Positions 12,760 through 26,300 of a DNA stretch of 64,000 nucleotides are shown one piece after another (position 1 is the stretch's first letter; each line of letters opens with the position of its first letter). The stretch is from Macrostomum lignano. Taxonomy: Eukaryota. The stretch covers positions 1-64,000 of the forward strand of contig NIVC01002024.1 of the NCBI GenBank assembly GCA_002269645.1, read 5' to 3'. The notes under the pieces are model-generated. The model was not told the origin of the DNA. It ran no database searches and saw nothing but the letters and a program-made list of their open reading frames with translations. The translations under genes and the position numbers were made by a program.

Positions 12760-13162
12760 ATAACGAAGAGCTTGCGTGCACGGCCGCCGTTCACGTAAGC
12801 TCAGAATTGCGTGCACGGCAGAGCTATATCTTATAGGCTTATACAGTAAGTCATATACTATTCGAATTAATATTCAAGTTAACAAAAAAAACAATGAATT
12901 AAGATTACATTTGCAGTCCATGGTGTACGGGGGATAAAACATTATAAAACAATATAGTAAAAATATTTTTTAATTAGGTTTGCCAATGCCAATGCGTGGA
13001 TTTAAGGGCCCCAGTCCCGGCCAATTGCCGGCTGCCGTGCACGCAATTACAACACTAGGTGTACGGCTGCATACATGCAAATAAAGCACTAGGTAGATAG
13101 CCGCCGTGCACGCAATTCTGAGCTTACGTGAACGGCTGCCGTGCACGCAAGCTCTTTGTTAT
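12760..13162. mobile_element. MITE-like element with 60-bp TIRs
   Basis: 12760-12819 versus the reverse complement of 13103-13162: 58/60 identical. An internal GCCGTGCACGCAATT sub-repeat sits near 13033. Confidence 0.7.
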
Positions 13163-15679
13163 TATAAATATAGCCTATATAGGCCCTATATTATTTGAAA
13201 GCCTGAAAAATGAGCAACTTTTAACATCTAACAACTTAATGGCGGTTAAATAGGAAATACATAAGGTGATAAATGGACAAAAGTTATTGCATAAATGAAT
13301 GAAAAAAATTAGTCATTTATTAAAAGCATATAGCAGTATTGCCGTATTGGTAAATGGTAATACTTTTCTACAAGTAAATATGCCAAGGCCCAAGGGACTG
13401 TACTGCCATACAAGAATGTGATGGTAGGAATAGGTAGGCCTAAGAAGCAGACTTAGTACTATTCTGTTATACATATATATACATGTTATAGGCCTATGTT
13501 TCAAGTAAATAATTTTAACTGTACATGGCATTGTAAATTTTAGCTAGGCCTACTCCAGTAGGGGCCTAAGCTCTTTTCTGACTCTGTTTTCATTTGTAGC
13601 ATACCTTATTTAATGTAAGCCTATCTGGTTGGTGTCTAGAAGGTATTTACAAAAGTATTCTATTTTTCCTAATTTCTAGGCCTAGTGTTTATAGGCACTC
13701 AGTTAGGTAATAAAGAATATCAAAACCATTTCTTGCTCTATAGAGTCCACAAGCTTCCTGAGAGAATGTCTTGGGTGTGAGTTCACATTTCAGTTTTAGA
13801 AGGGTTGTTAGGTAGGCCTATTTTTTGTTTCTAAATAAACATGGAAGGAAAGTAATTTGAGAGGACAAGTGTACAGATTTTTTGTAAAGGTAAGCATTTT
13901 TGTAGTATTTAATATGGTGCTAGGCCTAGTTGTCTAGCTTTTGGCTTAGTTCTCTTTCTTTCAATATAAAAATGTTCCAAAAAAGAGTTTTACTCTTTGT
14001 CAATCTCTTGATTCAAGTTCTAAAATTGGTATTTGAAAAGCCTCACTTTTTGTTTAAAAATGTCTTTCTTTATTGTTTAGCTAGTTAGCTTTGTTGCCCT
14101 ACCCTATAGGCCTATAGCCTGAAAACAGATGTTTATGACAAGAGATAAAAAGGTAAGATGCTAGTCGTAAAGACACTTCTTTTTCCTCTTGCAAGCTAGG
14201 CCTGGCCTAAATAATTTCAATGTATTAAAGATTGAATCTTAATTGTTATTTTTAAGCAATAAAGCCAATCTATTGAAAAATAAAAAAGTAAATTTTCTAT
14301 TTATAATTTTTGACAGGTCAAAACTTAAATGTATATAGGCCTATAACTTTTGCAAACACATTTTCAAACAGCATAACTGTAGTTTTATATGTTAAATTAT
14401 TTTTTCATTTTAAATAAACTATTAATGAGGATTTATGATTGTTAACAATAAAACTGACAAACCATGTCAAAACATGTCATACAAAAACTCATTGAAGTGT
14501 TCAATAGTTTAAAAGAATGATTTAGATTCAGTTGTGTAACTTCGCACATAGATTGCAAATCAGCAGGTGATATAATAGTTGTAGTTGCTATTGGATGTCC
14601 AGCCATATTGTAAGCAATAATGATAAAAAATAAAAAGATAAATAGGCCTAATCTGCTTAACACTTAAAATTTTGCAATTTAAACTATTAGTAAATATGTT
14701 AGCAAAACTTAAATATATAAAAAATAGTTTATTATATGTTGACTGAACTCTATTAGAATAAGTATAGAAAATATATACACGCGCAACATAGGGTCAAAAA
14801 ATGTAGCTCAAAAATGCCATATATAGAACACATTCAAACCAAATATAGGCATTGTACTAATTAGATTATAAGGTATTTAGCCTTAATAAGAGAGTCATAG
14901 TTATTCCTGCCATTTACCCAAAAACTGCACCACGTTATATCACAATACTACCTACCTAGACTCTAGTTGCAACACAATCTAGAAAATTTCAAAATTGCGA
15001 TGGATGGCCTAGTTGGATGCTTTTTTCTATTTATTCCAATATAGAGATTGAACTTAAGGATTCTAATATTTTTCTAGATACCTATTGGCTGGCCTAGCCC
15101 TATAATTATAAATAATATAGTATAATATAATATAACCTATATATTGGTTCTATATTTTATAGCTAATTACCTTTTATGATACAATTTACCATTTTTGTTC
15201 AATTATAAAGATTCAAAAAGGTTCTAACTTTTCATAAATATCATAATTTTGATAAGCTAGAATTCTAAAAAAATCAAAAAAATACTTGGAGATAGTCATA
15301 GTTTTCATTATCCAAATAAAAAATGTACCTAGGCCTATCAATCAAAATTTTTCTCTCTATAAAATAAGTAATTGTTCTCTTTTCTAAATTTTGTATTTTT
15401 TTATTATAACTGTTAAAGCTTATAGATTCTGAACCTAGGGAAAACCAATCCCTAGAACTATTTTTGCATATTTTAAAATTTAAATTCATACTCAAACAAC
15501 ATTAAAAACTTGTTATTAATTAGTATAGAGATATTACAAAATGGAGTAAATTTGTATATTTGAAGCAAGCATTGATCTTTTTGGCTATGTTATTGCGCAG
15601 AATGTTAGGCAATATTTGTCTAAAGCATGCATTGGGAAACTCTGGCTTCTGCCTCTGCTTTTATTTACAACCTTTAGAT

Positions 15680-16070
15680 TCTTTAAAACTTCTATCTTCT
15701 CTTCTATTTTCTCTCTTCTCTCTCCCCTTATCTCTCGTCTGTTTTCTCACCTCTTCTCTCATCTCCATTCTCTTTTTTTATCTCTGCTCTCTTTTCTCAT
15801 TTCTCTCTTCTCTCCTCTCCCCCCCTCATCTCTTATCTCTTTTTCTCCTCTTGTCTCTCTTCTCTTCTCTCTCCTCTCTTCTTTCTACTTTGCTCTCATT
15901 TCTCATCTCTCCTATCTTGTCTTGATCCTCTCTTCTATCTACTCTCCTGTCTCTTCTCTTCTCTCTCATCTCTAATCTATACTCTCTTATTTGTCATCTT
16001 TCCTATTTACTTTCTCTACTCTATTGTCTCATCTCTCCTGTCACCTATCTGCTCTCTCATCTCTGTTTTC
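15680..16070. repeat. CT-rich low-complexity (polypyrimidine) tract
   Basis: Almost only C/T (TCTCTTCTC...). It produces the spurious L/S-rich ORFs. Confidence 0.9.
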
Positions 16071-16442
16071 TTCAAAATTGCTACTTACCCTTTGATTTGC
16101 CAGACACAATTTGGTGCTAGCCAAATTGTCTGGGTTGGTTGACAGTAGCATATATAATTTACCATTGGAGATACGAAGTTTGAAAGTCAATGGGGTGTAG
16201 GTACTGGTAAATAGGACGATGAAAGATTATAAAGTTTTTTTAATTGCCTATCAATGTAGAACCTTTGTTTTTACTTGTGGTCAATAGAAACCAATTGGTG
16301 TTTAAAGAAGTACTTCTGGGCATTGTGCATACCTCAGTTGCCAGATAAGACTGCAATTCTGATCCCGCCTGTAATTCTGCAGCACTCGAGCCCCAAACCA
16401 TCCCGTGAACTCAACGTCAATCTCAAGGATCCCAAAAGCCCC

Positions 16443-17709
16443 ATGGAGACCCGTCACAGGAAGGCGGCCTCGCCACAGCGCCGCAGGGACACCAGCAGGT
16501 CCCGGAGTCGAATCTCGCGGCCATCGCTGCCAGCCTCCGCTGCCGCCAGCTCCTCACCGGCTGGCAGGGGCGGTCGGCGCCACGGCTTTGCTGGTGGGCG
16601 GAACAGCCTGGCTGGCGGGGTGCCGAGACACCTGCGATATGATCCAAGCATTGAGCTGCGGCAGGTGCGTGCGCTTGCTGGGGGTATTGGGAGCATCCCA
16701 GGTATCCCAGGTACTGGGCAGCCGCACCCAATCCCAGGTATCCCAGGTACTGAGCAGCCGCACCCCATCCCAGGTATCCCAGGTACTGAGCAGCCGCACC
16801 CCATCCCAGGTATCCCAGGTACTGAGCAGCCGCACCCCATCCCAGGTATCACAGGTACTCAGCAGCTGCACCCCATCCCAGGTACTGAGCAGCCGCACCC
16901 CATCCTCAGGTGAAGGAGTGCATTCCATCCCAGGTATCCCAGGTACTGAGCAGCCGCAACCCATCCCCAGGTGAATGAGTGCATTCCATCCCAGGTATCC
17001 CAGGTACTGAGCAGCCGCACCCCATCCCCAGGTGAAGGAGCGCATCCCCATGTACACGGACTGGGCCAAGCAGGACGAGCTGTTCGAGACGACGCGACTC
17101 GACAGGCAGCGCTACGAGGCCAAGCAGGCGCAGAAGCGGCTGTTGCAGAGCCTCAACAGCAGCGTGGGAGGCAACTTGAACTCATCGCTGAACTCAAACG
17201 CCTCAGACGGCAGCTGCTTCGAGATGGAGGACGATGAGGCGGTTCTGCTGCGTCGGCAGCGCGACATCGACAAGTCGAAGAACCTGACGGCGTACGCGAA
17301 CTACGTGAAGTCGGTGCCGAAGCCTCTGCGGGAGAAGGGCGACCCGCGGACTCCGAACAAGTTCGTGCGAATGTCCCGCAGAGCCTGGGACGGCTGCGTC
17401 AAGCAGTGGAAGCTGCAGCTTCATCGCTGGGATGACGCAGCCAGCAGCAGCGCTGGCATCTCGCCGCGGTCCTCGCCATCGTCCACGCCACCGCCACTGC
17501 CTGCGAAGCTTCCGACTGACGATGAAGACGGCGACTCTCGGACCCTCACCGCTGCACCTGCCGCCACCTCCAGCGTCCAGCCCGACGCTCTGCATAGCGG
17601 CTTGACCAGCGACGTTCAGGGACTCGCTGTGGGAGCCGCCTGTCCCAGACTCACCCGCAAGAGGTCCTCCGCCCTCACCGACTCGCCCTCCAAGAAGCTC
17701 AAGCACTGA
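16443..17709 (+). CDS. SLBP: Histone RNA stem-loop binding protein (exons 16443-16664 and 17032-17709; 5' end uncertain)
   Basis: SLBP RNA-binding domain EDDEAVLLRRQRDIDKSKNLTAYANY...PRTPNKFVRMSRRAWDGCVKQWKLQLHRWD. Phase-0 intron with CAG|GTGCGT and CCCCAG|GTGAAG. Confidence 0.92.
16690..17031 (+). repeat. Intronic 36-bp minisatellite grading into a 61-bp repeat that includes the splice acceptor
   Basis: Unit CCCATCCCAGGTATCCCAGGTACTGAGCAGCCGCAC. AG|GTGAA starts recur at 16910, 16971 and 17032. Confidence 0.9.
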
Positions 17710-18838
17710 GTTGAATGTGCTGCTCAAATACTGAGTTGAATGTGTTGCTCAAATATTGAGTTGAATGTGTTGCTCAAATATTGAGTTGAATGTACTGCTC
17801 AAATATTGAGGTAAATGTGCTGCTCAAATATTGAGTTGAATGTGCTGCTCAAATATTGAGTTGAATGTGCTGCTCAAATATTGAGTTGAATGTGTTGCTC
17901 AAATACTGAGTTGAATGTGCTGCTCAAATACTGAGTTGAATGTGTTGCTCAAATATTGAGTTGAATGTGTTGCTCAAATATTGAGTTGAATGTACTGCTC
18001 AAATATTGAGGTAAATGTGCTGCTCAAATATTGAGTTGAATGTGTTGCTCAAATATTGAGTTGAATGTGTTGCTCAAATATTGAGTTGAATGTGCTGCTC
18101 AAATATTGAGTTGAATGTGCTGCTCAAATATTGAGTTGAATGTGTTGCTCAAATACTGAGTTGAATGTGCTACTCAAATATTGAGGTAAATGTGCTGCTC
18201 AAATATTGAGTTGAATGTGCTGCTCAAATATTGAGTTGTGTGCTGCTCAAATATTGAGTTGAATGTGCTGCTCAAATATTGAGTTGAATGTGTTGCTCAA
18301 ATATTGAGTTGTGTGCTGCTCAAATATTGAGTTGAATGTGTTGCTCAAATATTGAGTTGTGTGCTGCTCAAATATTGAGTTGTGTGCTGCTCAAATATTG
18401 AGTTGAATGTGTTGCTCAAATATTGAGTTGAATGTGCTGCTTAAATACTGAGTTGTGTGCTGCTCAGTGATGCTCAAATACTGAGTTGTGTGCTGCTCAA
18501 ATATTGAGTTGTGTGCTGCTCAAATATTGAGTTGTGTGCTGCTCAAATACTGAGTTGTGTGCTGCTCAGTGATGCTCAAATACTGAGTTGTGTGCTGCTG
18601 AGTGCTGCTCAAATACTGAGTTGTGTGCTGTTGAGTGCTGCTCAAATACTGAGTTGTGTGCTGTTGAGTGATGCTCAAATACTGAGTTGTGTGCTGCTGA
18701 GTGCTGCTCAAATACTGAGTTGTGTGCTGTTGAGTGATGCTCAAATACTGAGTTGTGTGCTGCTGAGTGCTGCTCAAATACTGAGTTGTGTGCTGCTGAG
18801 TGCTGCTCAAATACTGAGTTGTGTGCTGCTCAGTACTG
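17708..18838 (+). repeat. Minisatellite downstream of SLBP (25-bp, then 23-bp, then 33-bp units)
   Basis: TGAGTTGAATGTGCTGCTCAAATAT. The first unit overlaps the SLBP stop codon. Confidence 0.95.
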
Positions 18839-19383
18839 CTCAGGCCAGCACCGTTTTCTGTGTGGGTAATGATGGGATACTCTTTAGGGTTGGGGTCAGT
18901 GATATTCATTTTTTGCTTTCTGTAATCGGTACTTATTGAAATTTTACGTCAGTTTTTTTCACCAGTGGTGCTGTAATCAAGCTGCATCTTATTAATTGTA
19001 ACATTGGCTTTGCTGCATTATGCTAAATACTCTTTTTCTCTATTTTTGTCACAATATGCTGTAGTGCAATAAGTTTATAATATAATAATGTAATTAGAAT
19101 GTTTTTCTTAATTAATACAACTTTAAAACAAGTAGTACTTTTTCATAAAGTTTTTCGTTTAATAATGTTAACAAAATAGTTCCGAAAAGACCAAGTAAAA
19201 AGTGACAAGTGCACTTTTAATTCGTTAATGTTTTGGGTTTGAATTTTATTCGTAAGCTTCTTTTAATTTGTTTTTTATTTTTTTAAATAGGCTTTCACTA
19301 GCTTCAGTTTAAGCAATTAAGCATTCCTTTCTTATGAGCTTGCTCATGGCAATATGACTTGTGAAAGGTGAAGCAGAGTTCGG

Positions 19384-20162
19384 AGTTAATGACCCTGGCT
19401 ATTAGAATGTCAAATTAGAGTTTATGGCCCCAGCTATTAGAAAGTCAAATTAGAGTTTATGGCCCCAGCTATTAGAATGTCAACTTAGAGTTTATGGCCC
19501 CAGCTATTAGAATGTCAACTTAGAGTTTATGGCCCCAGCTATTAGAATGTCAAATTAGAGTTTATGGCCCTAGCTATTAGAAGGTCAAATTAGAGTTTAT
19601 GGCCTTAGCTATTAGAATGTCAAATTAGAGTTTATGGCCCCAGCTATTAGAAAGTCAAATTAGAGTTTATGGCCCTATCTATTAGAAGGTCAAATTAGAG
19701 TTTATGGCCACAGCTATTAGAATTTCAAATTAGAGTTTATGGCCCCGGGTATAAGAATGTCATATTAGAGTCTATGACCTTAGCTATTAGAAAGTCAAAT
19801 TAGAGTTTATGGCCCTAGCTATTAGAATGTCAAATTAGAGTTTATGGCCCTAGCTATTAGAAGGTCAAATTAGAGTTTATGGCCCTAGCTATTAGAATGT
19901 CAAATTAGAGTTTATGGCCACAGCTATTAGAATGTCAAATTAGAGTTTATGGCCTTAGCTATTAGAAAGTCAAATTAGAGTTTATGGCCCCAGCTATTAG
20001 AAATTCAAATTAGAGTTTATGACCCTGGCTATTAGAATGTCAAATTAGAGTTTATGGCCCAGCTATTAGAATGTCAAATTAGAGTTTATGGCTACGGGTA
20101 TAAGAATGTCAAATTAGAGTCTATGACCTTAGCTATTAAAATGTCAAATTAGAGTTTATGAC
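19384..20162 (+). repeat. 35-bp minisatellite
   Basis: CAGCTATTAGAATGTCAAATTAGAGTTTATGGCCC tandem units. Confidence 0.95.
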
Positions 20163-20313
20163 AATGATTTTCAGAATCGTAAGAGTTTATATTAGTTAAA
20201 AATGACATGGTCTAAATGGTTTTGCAATTTTCTTATGATTAATTAAGCGAGAGAAATTGTGTGCGATAAAAGATTGGCAAACACCAAGAGGCGCTAGCTT
20301 AGTTGCTAAGCAA

Positions 20314-23300
20314 ATGAATCCAAGCAACGGAGGCGGCGGCGGACCGCCCTCATCAAATGCTATGCATACTACTAATAACTATGGCAGTAGTAATAAGAAA
20401 CGAGCGGCTCATTTTGGCGGCGGCAATCAGAAGCGCCCGAAATTCGGCGGCAATAAATTGTTGAAAATTTCACCGGACGCCTGGCCGGAGTTTCGTCAGA
20501 TATTAAACGAATCGCATTGTCACATTTGTAACTCTGCGCTAGGCTCGCCGACAATCGCTATGCAGCATTTCAATGGTCAGAAGCACAGGCGTCAGTGGGC
20601 GCTGTCTAATCCTGATAGGCCGAATTTGCCTGTTGCTGTGCTTAGGAATGGAGTGTATTATACTAGCAATATGCACGACCTGGAGATGGCCAGGGCTAAT
20701 GCTATCGATGAGGTATGCGGCTGGCTGGCTAAAATTGAAAAATTAATCTTTCATGCTGATAGGATAGGCATTCACTAGATCCTTAGATATTAATGTGATG
20801 GGATAGACATGTGACATTAATGTGACAGGGTAGACAATGAGAGTGACATTAATGAGACATGATAGACACTGAAGTGACATTGTGACGGGATAGACACTGG
20901 AGTGACATTAATGTGACTGGATAGACACTGGAGTGACATTAATGTGACTGGATAGACACTGGAGTGACATTAATGTGACTGGATAGACACTGGAGTGACA
21001 TTAATGTGACTGGATAGACACTGGAGTGACATTAATGTGACTGGATAGACACTGAAGTGACATTGTGACGGGATAGACACTGGAGTGACATTAATGTGAC
21101 TGGATAGACACTGGAGTGACATTGTGACGGGATAGACACTGGAGTGACATTAATGTGACTGGATAGACACTGGAGTGACATTAATGTGACTGGATAGACA
21201 CTGGAGTGACATTAATGTGACTGGATAGACACTGGAGTGACATTGTGACGGGATAGACACTGGAGTGACATTAATGTGACTGGATAGACACTGGAGTGAC
21301 ATTGTGACGGGATAGACACTGGAGTGACATTAATGTGACTGGATAGACACTGGAGTGACATTAATGTGACGGGATAGACACTGGAGTGACATTAATGTGA
21401 CTGGATAGACACTGGAGTGACATTAATGTGACTGGATAGACACTGGAGTGACATTGTGACGGGATAGACACTGGAGTGACATTAATGTGACTGGATAGAC
21501 ACTGGAGTGACATTAATGTGACTGGATAGACACTGGAGTGACATTAATGTGACTGGATAGACACTGGAGTGACATTGTGACGGGATAGACACTGGAGTGA
21601 CATTAATGTGACTGGATAGACACTGGAGTGACATTAATGTGACTGGATAGACACTGGAGTGACATTAATGTGACGGGATAGACACTGGAGTGACATTAAT
21701 GTGACGGGATAGACACTGGAGTGACATTAATGTGACGGGATAGACACTGGAGTGACATTAATGTGACGGGATAGATACTGGAGTGACATTAATGTGACGG
21801 GATAGACACTGGAGTGACATTAATGTGACGGGATAGACACTGGAGTGACATTAATGTGACGGGATAGATACTGGAGTGACATTATTGTTATAAATGGCAT
21901 ATTATGTTTCTTAATTTTAAAAAACCGACCAGGCCACATTTCTCAAAGGCGTCGATGTGGCCGCAATGAACGCCGACCCGGACATGCGGCATCTGATCCA
22001 GCAGCGGCACTGCTCGCTGTGCGGCATCTACTTCTCTTCGGCTATGGAGATTCGCGGCCATCTGACCAGTCCCAACCATTTGGCCAACACTGGCGCGGGC
22101 CGGCCCAGCGAATCCGCTGGCTTTGATCGGAGACCGCCTGGGAATCATGTTGGAGTGAGTGATTAGGAGATGGGAGTGACTAAAAAGAGATGGGAGTGAC
22201 TAGAAAGAGATGGGAGTGACTAGAAAGAGATGGGAGTGACTAGAAAGAGATGGGAGTGACTAGAAAGAGATGGGAGTGACTAGAAAGAGATGGGAGTGAC
22301 TAGAAAGAGGTCGGAGTGACTAGAAAGAGATGGGAGTGACTAGAAAGAGATGGGAGTGACTAGAAAGAGAAGGGAGTGGCTAAAAAGATATTGGAGTGAC
22401 TAGAAGAGTGACTCTGGAGTCTGGAGTGACTAGAAGAGTGACTCTGGAGTCTGGAGTGACTAGAAGAGTGACTCTGGAGTCTGGAGTGACTAGAAGAGTG
22501 ACTCTGGAGTCTGGAGTGACTAGAAGAGTGACTCTGGAGTAACTAGAAGAGTGACTCTGGAGTGACTAGAAGAGTGACTCTGGAGTAACTAGAAGAGTGA
22601 CTCTGGAGTAACTAGAAGAGTGACTCTGGAGTAACTAGAAGAGTGACTCTGGAGTAACTAGAAGAGTGACTCTGGAGTGACTAGAAGAGTGACTCTGGAG
22701 TGACTAGAAAAGTGACACAGCGAGCCCCAACCCAAAATCGCCTCCCACTGCCTTCCCAAGCAGCGAGACGGGATTCGGCAACCGCAGAACCCGTCTGGTC
22801 ATCAGACCGGCGCTGCCTCATCAGCGTTGGTAGAAAGAGGTGCAGCCAACGCAAATTCGGATCATTCTAACATGGCCGGTTCTGCTGGAACTGCTGAACC
22901 TTCAAATAAAATCGATACCTTTAATCAACCTTGTCAACAACAGTCAGCTTCTATGGAAACGGTTGCTATTGTCTCGCCGCCTGGCAACAAAAGTAATAAC
23001 GGCCTGGCTCATTCTTCTAAATCAGCTTGGCAGGTGAGATAGCGTCTTTAGTTTTTATTGTCTTGATTTTTTCTTAGAATATTGTCTTGGTTGTTTCTAA
23101 GAATCTCGTCATGAATGTTTCTAAGAATCTTGTCGTGATTTTTTCTTAGAATCTTGTCTTGACTGTTGCTAAGTCTTGTCGTGATTGTCTCTAAGAATCT
23201 TGCCTTAATTGTTTCTAAGAATCTTGTCGTGATTTTTTCTTAGAATCTTGTCTTGACTGTTGCTAAGTCTTGTCGTGATTGTCTCTAAGAATCTTGCCTT

Positions 23301-26300
23301 AATTGTTTCTAAGAATCTTGTCTTGACTGTTGCTAAGTCTTGTCGTGATTGTTTCTAAGAATCTTGCCTTAATTGTTTCTAAGAATCTTGTCTTGACTGT
23401 TGCTAAGTCTTGTCGTGATTGTTTCTAAGAATCTTGCCTTAATTGTTTCTAAGAATCTTGTCTTGACTGTTGCTAAGTCTTGTCGTGATTGTTTCTAAGA
23501 ATCTTGCCTTAATTGTTTCTAAGAATCTTGTCTTGACTGTTGCTAAGTCTTGTCGTGATTGTTTCTAAGAATCTTGTCGTGATTGTTTCTTAGAATATTG
23601 TCTTCGTTGTTTCTAAGAATCTTGTCTTGACTGTTGCTAAGTCTTGTCGTGATTGTTTCTAAGAATCTTGTCGTGATTGTTTCTAAGAATCTTGTAGTGA
23701 TTGTTTCTTAGAATCTTGTCTTAATTGTTTCTAAAAATCTTGTCGTGATTGTTTCTTAGAATATTCTCTTCGTTGTTTCTAAGAATCTTGTCTTGACTGT
23801 TGCTAAGTCTTGTGATTGTTTCTAAGAATCTTGTCTTGACTGTTGCTAAGTCTTGTCGTGATTGTTTCTAAGAATCTTGTCTTGACTGTTGCTAAGTCTT
23901 GTGATTGTTTCTAAGAATCTTGTCTTGACTGTTGCTAAGTCTTGTCGTGATTGTTTCTAAGAATCTTGTCTTGACTGTTGCTAAGTCTTGTCGTGATTGT
24001 TTCTAAGAATCTTGTCTTGACTGTTGCTAAGTCTTGTGATTGTTTCTAAGAATCTTGTCTTGACTGTTGCTAAGTCTTGTCGTGATTGTTTCTAAGAATC
24101 TTGTCTTGACTGTTGCTAAGTCTTGTGATTGTTTCTAAGAATCTTGTCTTGACTGTTGCTAAGTCTTGTCGTGATTGTTTCTAAGAATCTTGTCTTGACT
24201 GTTGCTAAGTCTTGTGATTGTTTCTAAGAATCTTGTCTTGACTGTTGCTAAGTCTTGTCGTGATTGTTTCTAAGAATCTTGTCTTGACTGTTGCTAAGTC
24301 TTGTCGTGATTGTTTCTAAGAATCTTGTCTTGACTGTTGCTAAGTCTTGTGATTGTTTCTAAGAATCTTGTCTTGACTGTTGCTAAGTCTTGTCGTGATT
24401 GTTTCTAAGAATCTTGTCTTGACTGTTGCTAAGTCTTGTCGTGATTGTTTCTAAGAATCTTGTCTTGACTGTTGCTAAGTCTTGTCGTGATTGTTTCTAA
24501 GAATCTTGTCTTGACTGTTGCTAAGTCTTGTGATTGTTTCTAAGAATCTTGTCTTGACTGTTGCTAAGTCTTGTCGTGATTGTTTCTAAGAATCTTGTCT
24601 TGACTGTTGCTAAGTCTTGTGATTGTTTCTAAGAATCTTGTCTTGACTGTTGCTAAGTCTTGTCGTGATTGTTTCTAAGAATCTTGTCTTGACTGTTGCT
24701 AAGTCTTGTCGTGATTGTTTCTAAGAATCTTGTCTTGACTGTTGCTAAGTCTTGTCGTGATTGTTTCTAAGAATCTTGTCTTGACTGTTGCTAAGTCTTG
24801 TGATTGTTTCTAAGAATCTTGTCTTGACTGTTGCTAAGTCTTGTCGTGATTGTTTCTAAGAATCTTGTCTTGACTGTTGCTAAGTCTTGTGATTGTTTCT
24901 AAGAATCTTGTCTTGACTGTTGCTAAGTCTTGTCGTGATTGTTTCTAAGAATCTTGTCTTGACTGTTGCTAAGTCTTGTGATTGTTTCTAAGAATCTTGT
25001 CTTGACTGTTGCTAAGTCTTGTCGTGATTGTTTCTAAGAATCTTGTCTTGACTGTTGCTAAGTCTTGTCGTGATTGTTTCTAAGAATCTTGTCTTGACTG
25101 TTGCTAAGTCTTGTGATTGTTTCTAAGAATCTTGTCTTGACTGTTGCTAAGTCTTGTCGTGATTGTTTCTAAGAATCTTGTCTTGACTGTTGCTAAGTCT
25201 TGTGATTGTTTCTAAGAATCTTGTCTTGACTGTAGCTAAGTCTTGTTGTGATTGTTTCTAAGAATCTTGTCTTGACTGTTGCTAAGTCTTGTCGTGATTG
25301 TTTCTAAGAATCTTGTCTTGACTGTAGCTAAGTCTTGTCGTGATTGTTTCTAAGAATCTTGTCTTGACTGTTGCTAAGTCTTGTCGTGATTGTTTCTAAG
25401 AATCTTGTCTTGACTGTAGCTAAGTCTTGTCGTGATTGTTTCTAAGAATCTTGTCTTGACTGTTGCTAAGTCTTGTCGTGATTGTTTTTTGTCTTGACTG
25501 TTGCTAAGTCTTGTCGTGATTTCTTGTCTTGACTGTTGCTAAGTCTTGTCGTGATTGTTTTTTGTCTTGACTGTTGCTAAGTCTTGTCGTGATTTCTTGT
25601 CTTGACTGTTGCTAAGTCTTGTCGTGATTTCTTGTCTTGACTGTAGCTAAGTCTTGTCGTGATTGTTTCTAAGAATCTTGTCTTGACTGTAGCTAAGTCT
25701 TGTCGTGATTGTTTCTAAGAATCTTGTCTTGACTGTAGCTAAGTCTTGTCGTGATTGTTTCTAAGAATCTTGTCTTGACTGTAGCTAAGTCTTGTCGTGA
25801 TTGTTTCTAAGAATCTTGTCTTGACTGTTGCTAAGTCTTGTCGTGATTGTTTCTAAGAATCTTGTCTTGACTGTAGCTAAGTCTTGTCGTGATTGTTTCT
25901 AAGAATCTTGTCTTGACTGTAGCTAAGTCTTGTCGTGATTGTTTCTAAGAATCTTGTCTTGACTGTAGCTAAGTCTTGTTGTGATTGTTTCTAAGAATCT
26001 TGTCTTGACTGTAGCTAAGTCTTGTCGTGATTGTTTCTAAGAATTTTTTCTTAATTGTTTCTAAGAATCTTGTCCTGATTGTTTCTTAGAATCTTGCCCT
26101 TACTGTTTCTTGGAAATTTGTCTTGTTTGTTTCTTAGAAGCTTGCCTTCAATTTTCTAAGAACTGTTTCTAAGAAATGCCTTTTTGACACTCATTCTAAG
26201 AAAAACTCTTTAGTCCACGAATTCTAGGAGCCTAGGATTAAAGAATAAGAACTGAAAATACTGGAAAAATAATTTCACTAGCTTCCCATAAATCGCCCGC

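Noticed and set aside
13790-14663. Possible small exons or a 73-aa ORF in the AT-rich region upstream of SLBP
   Set aside because: GTAAG donors exist, but I could not build a coherent reading frame or recognise any domain.
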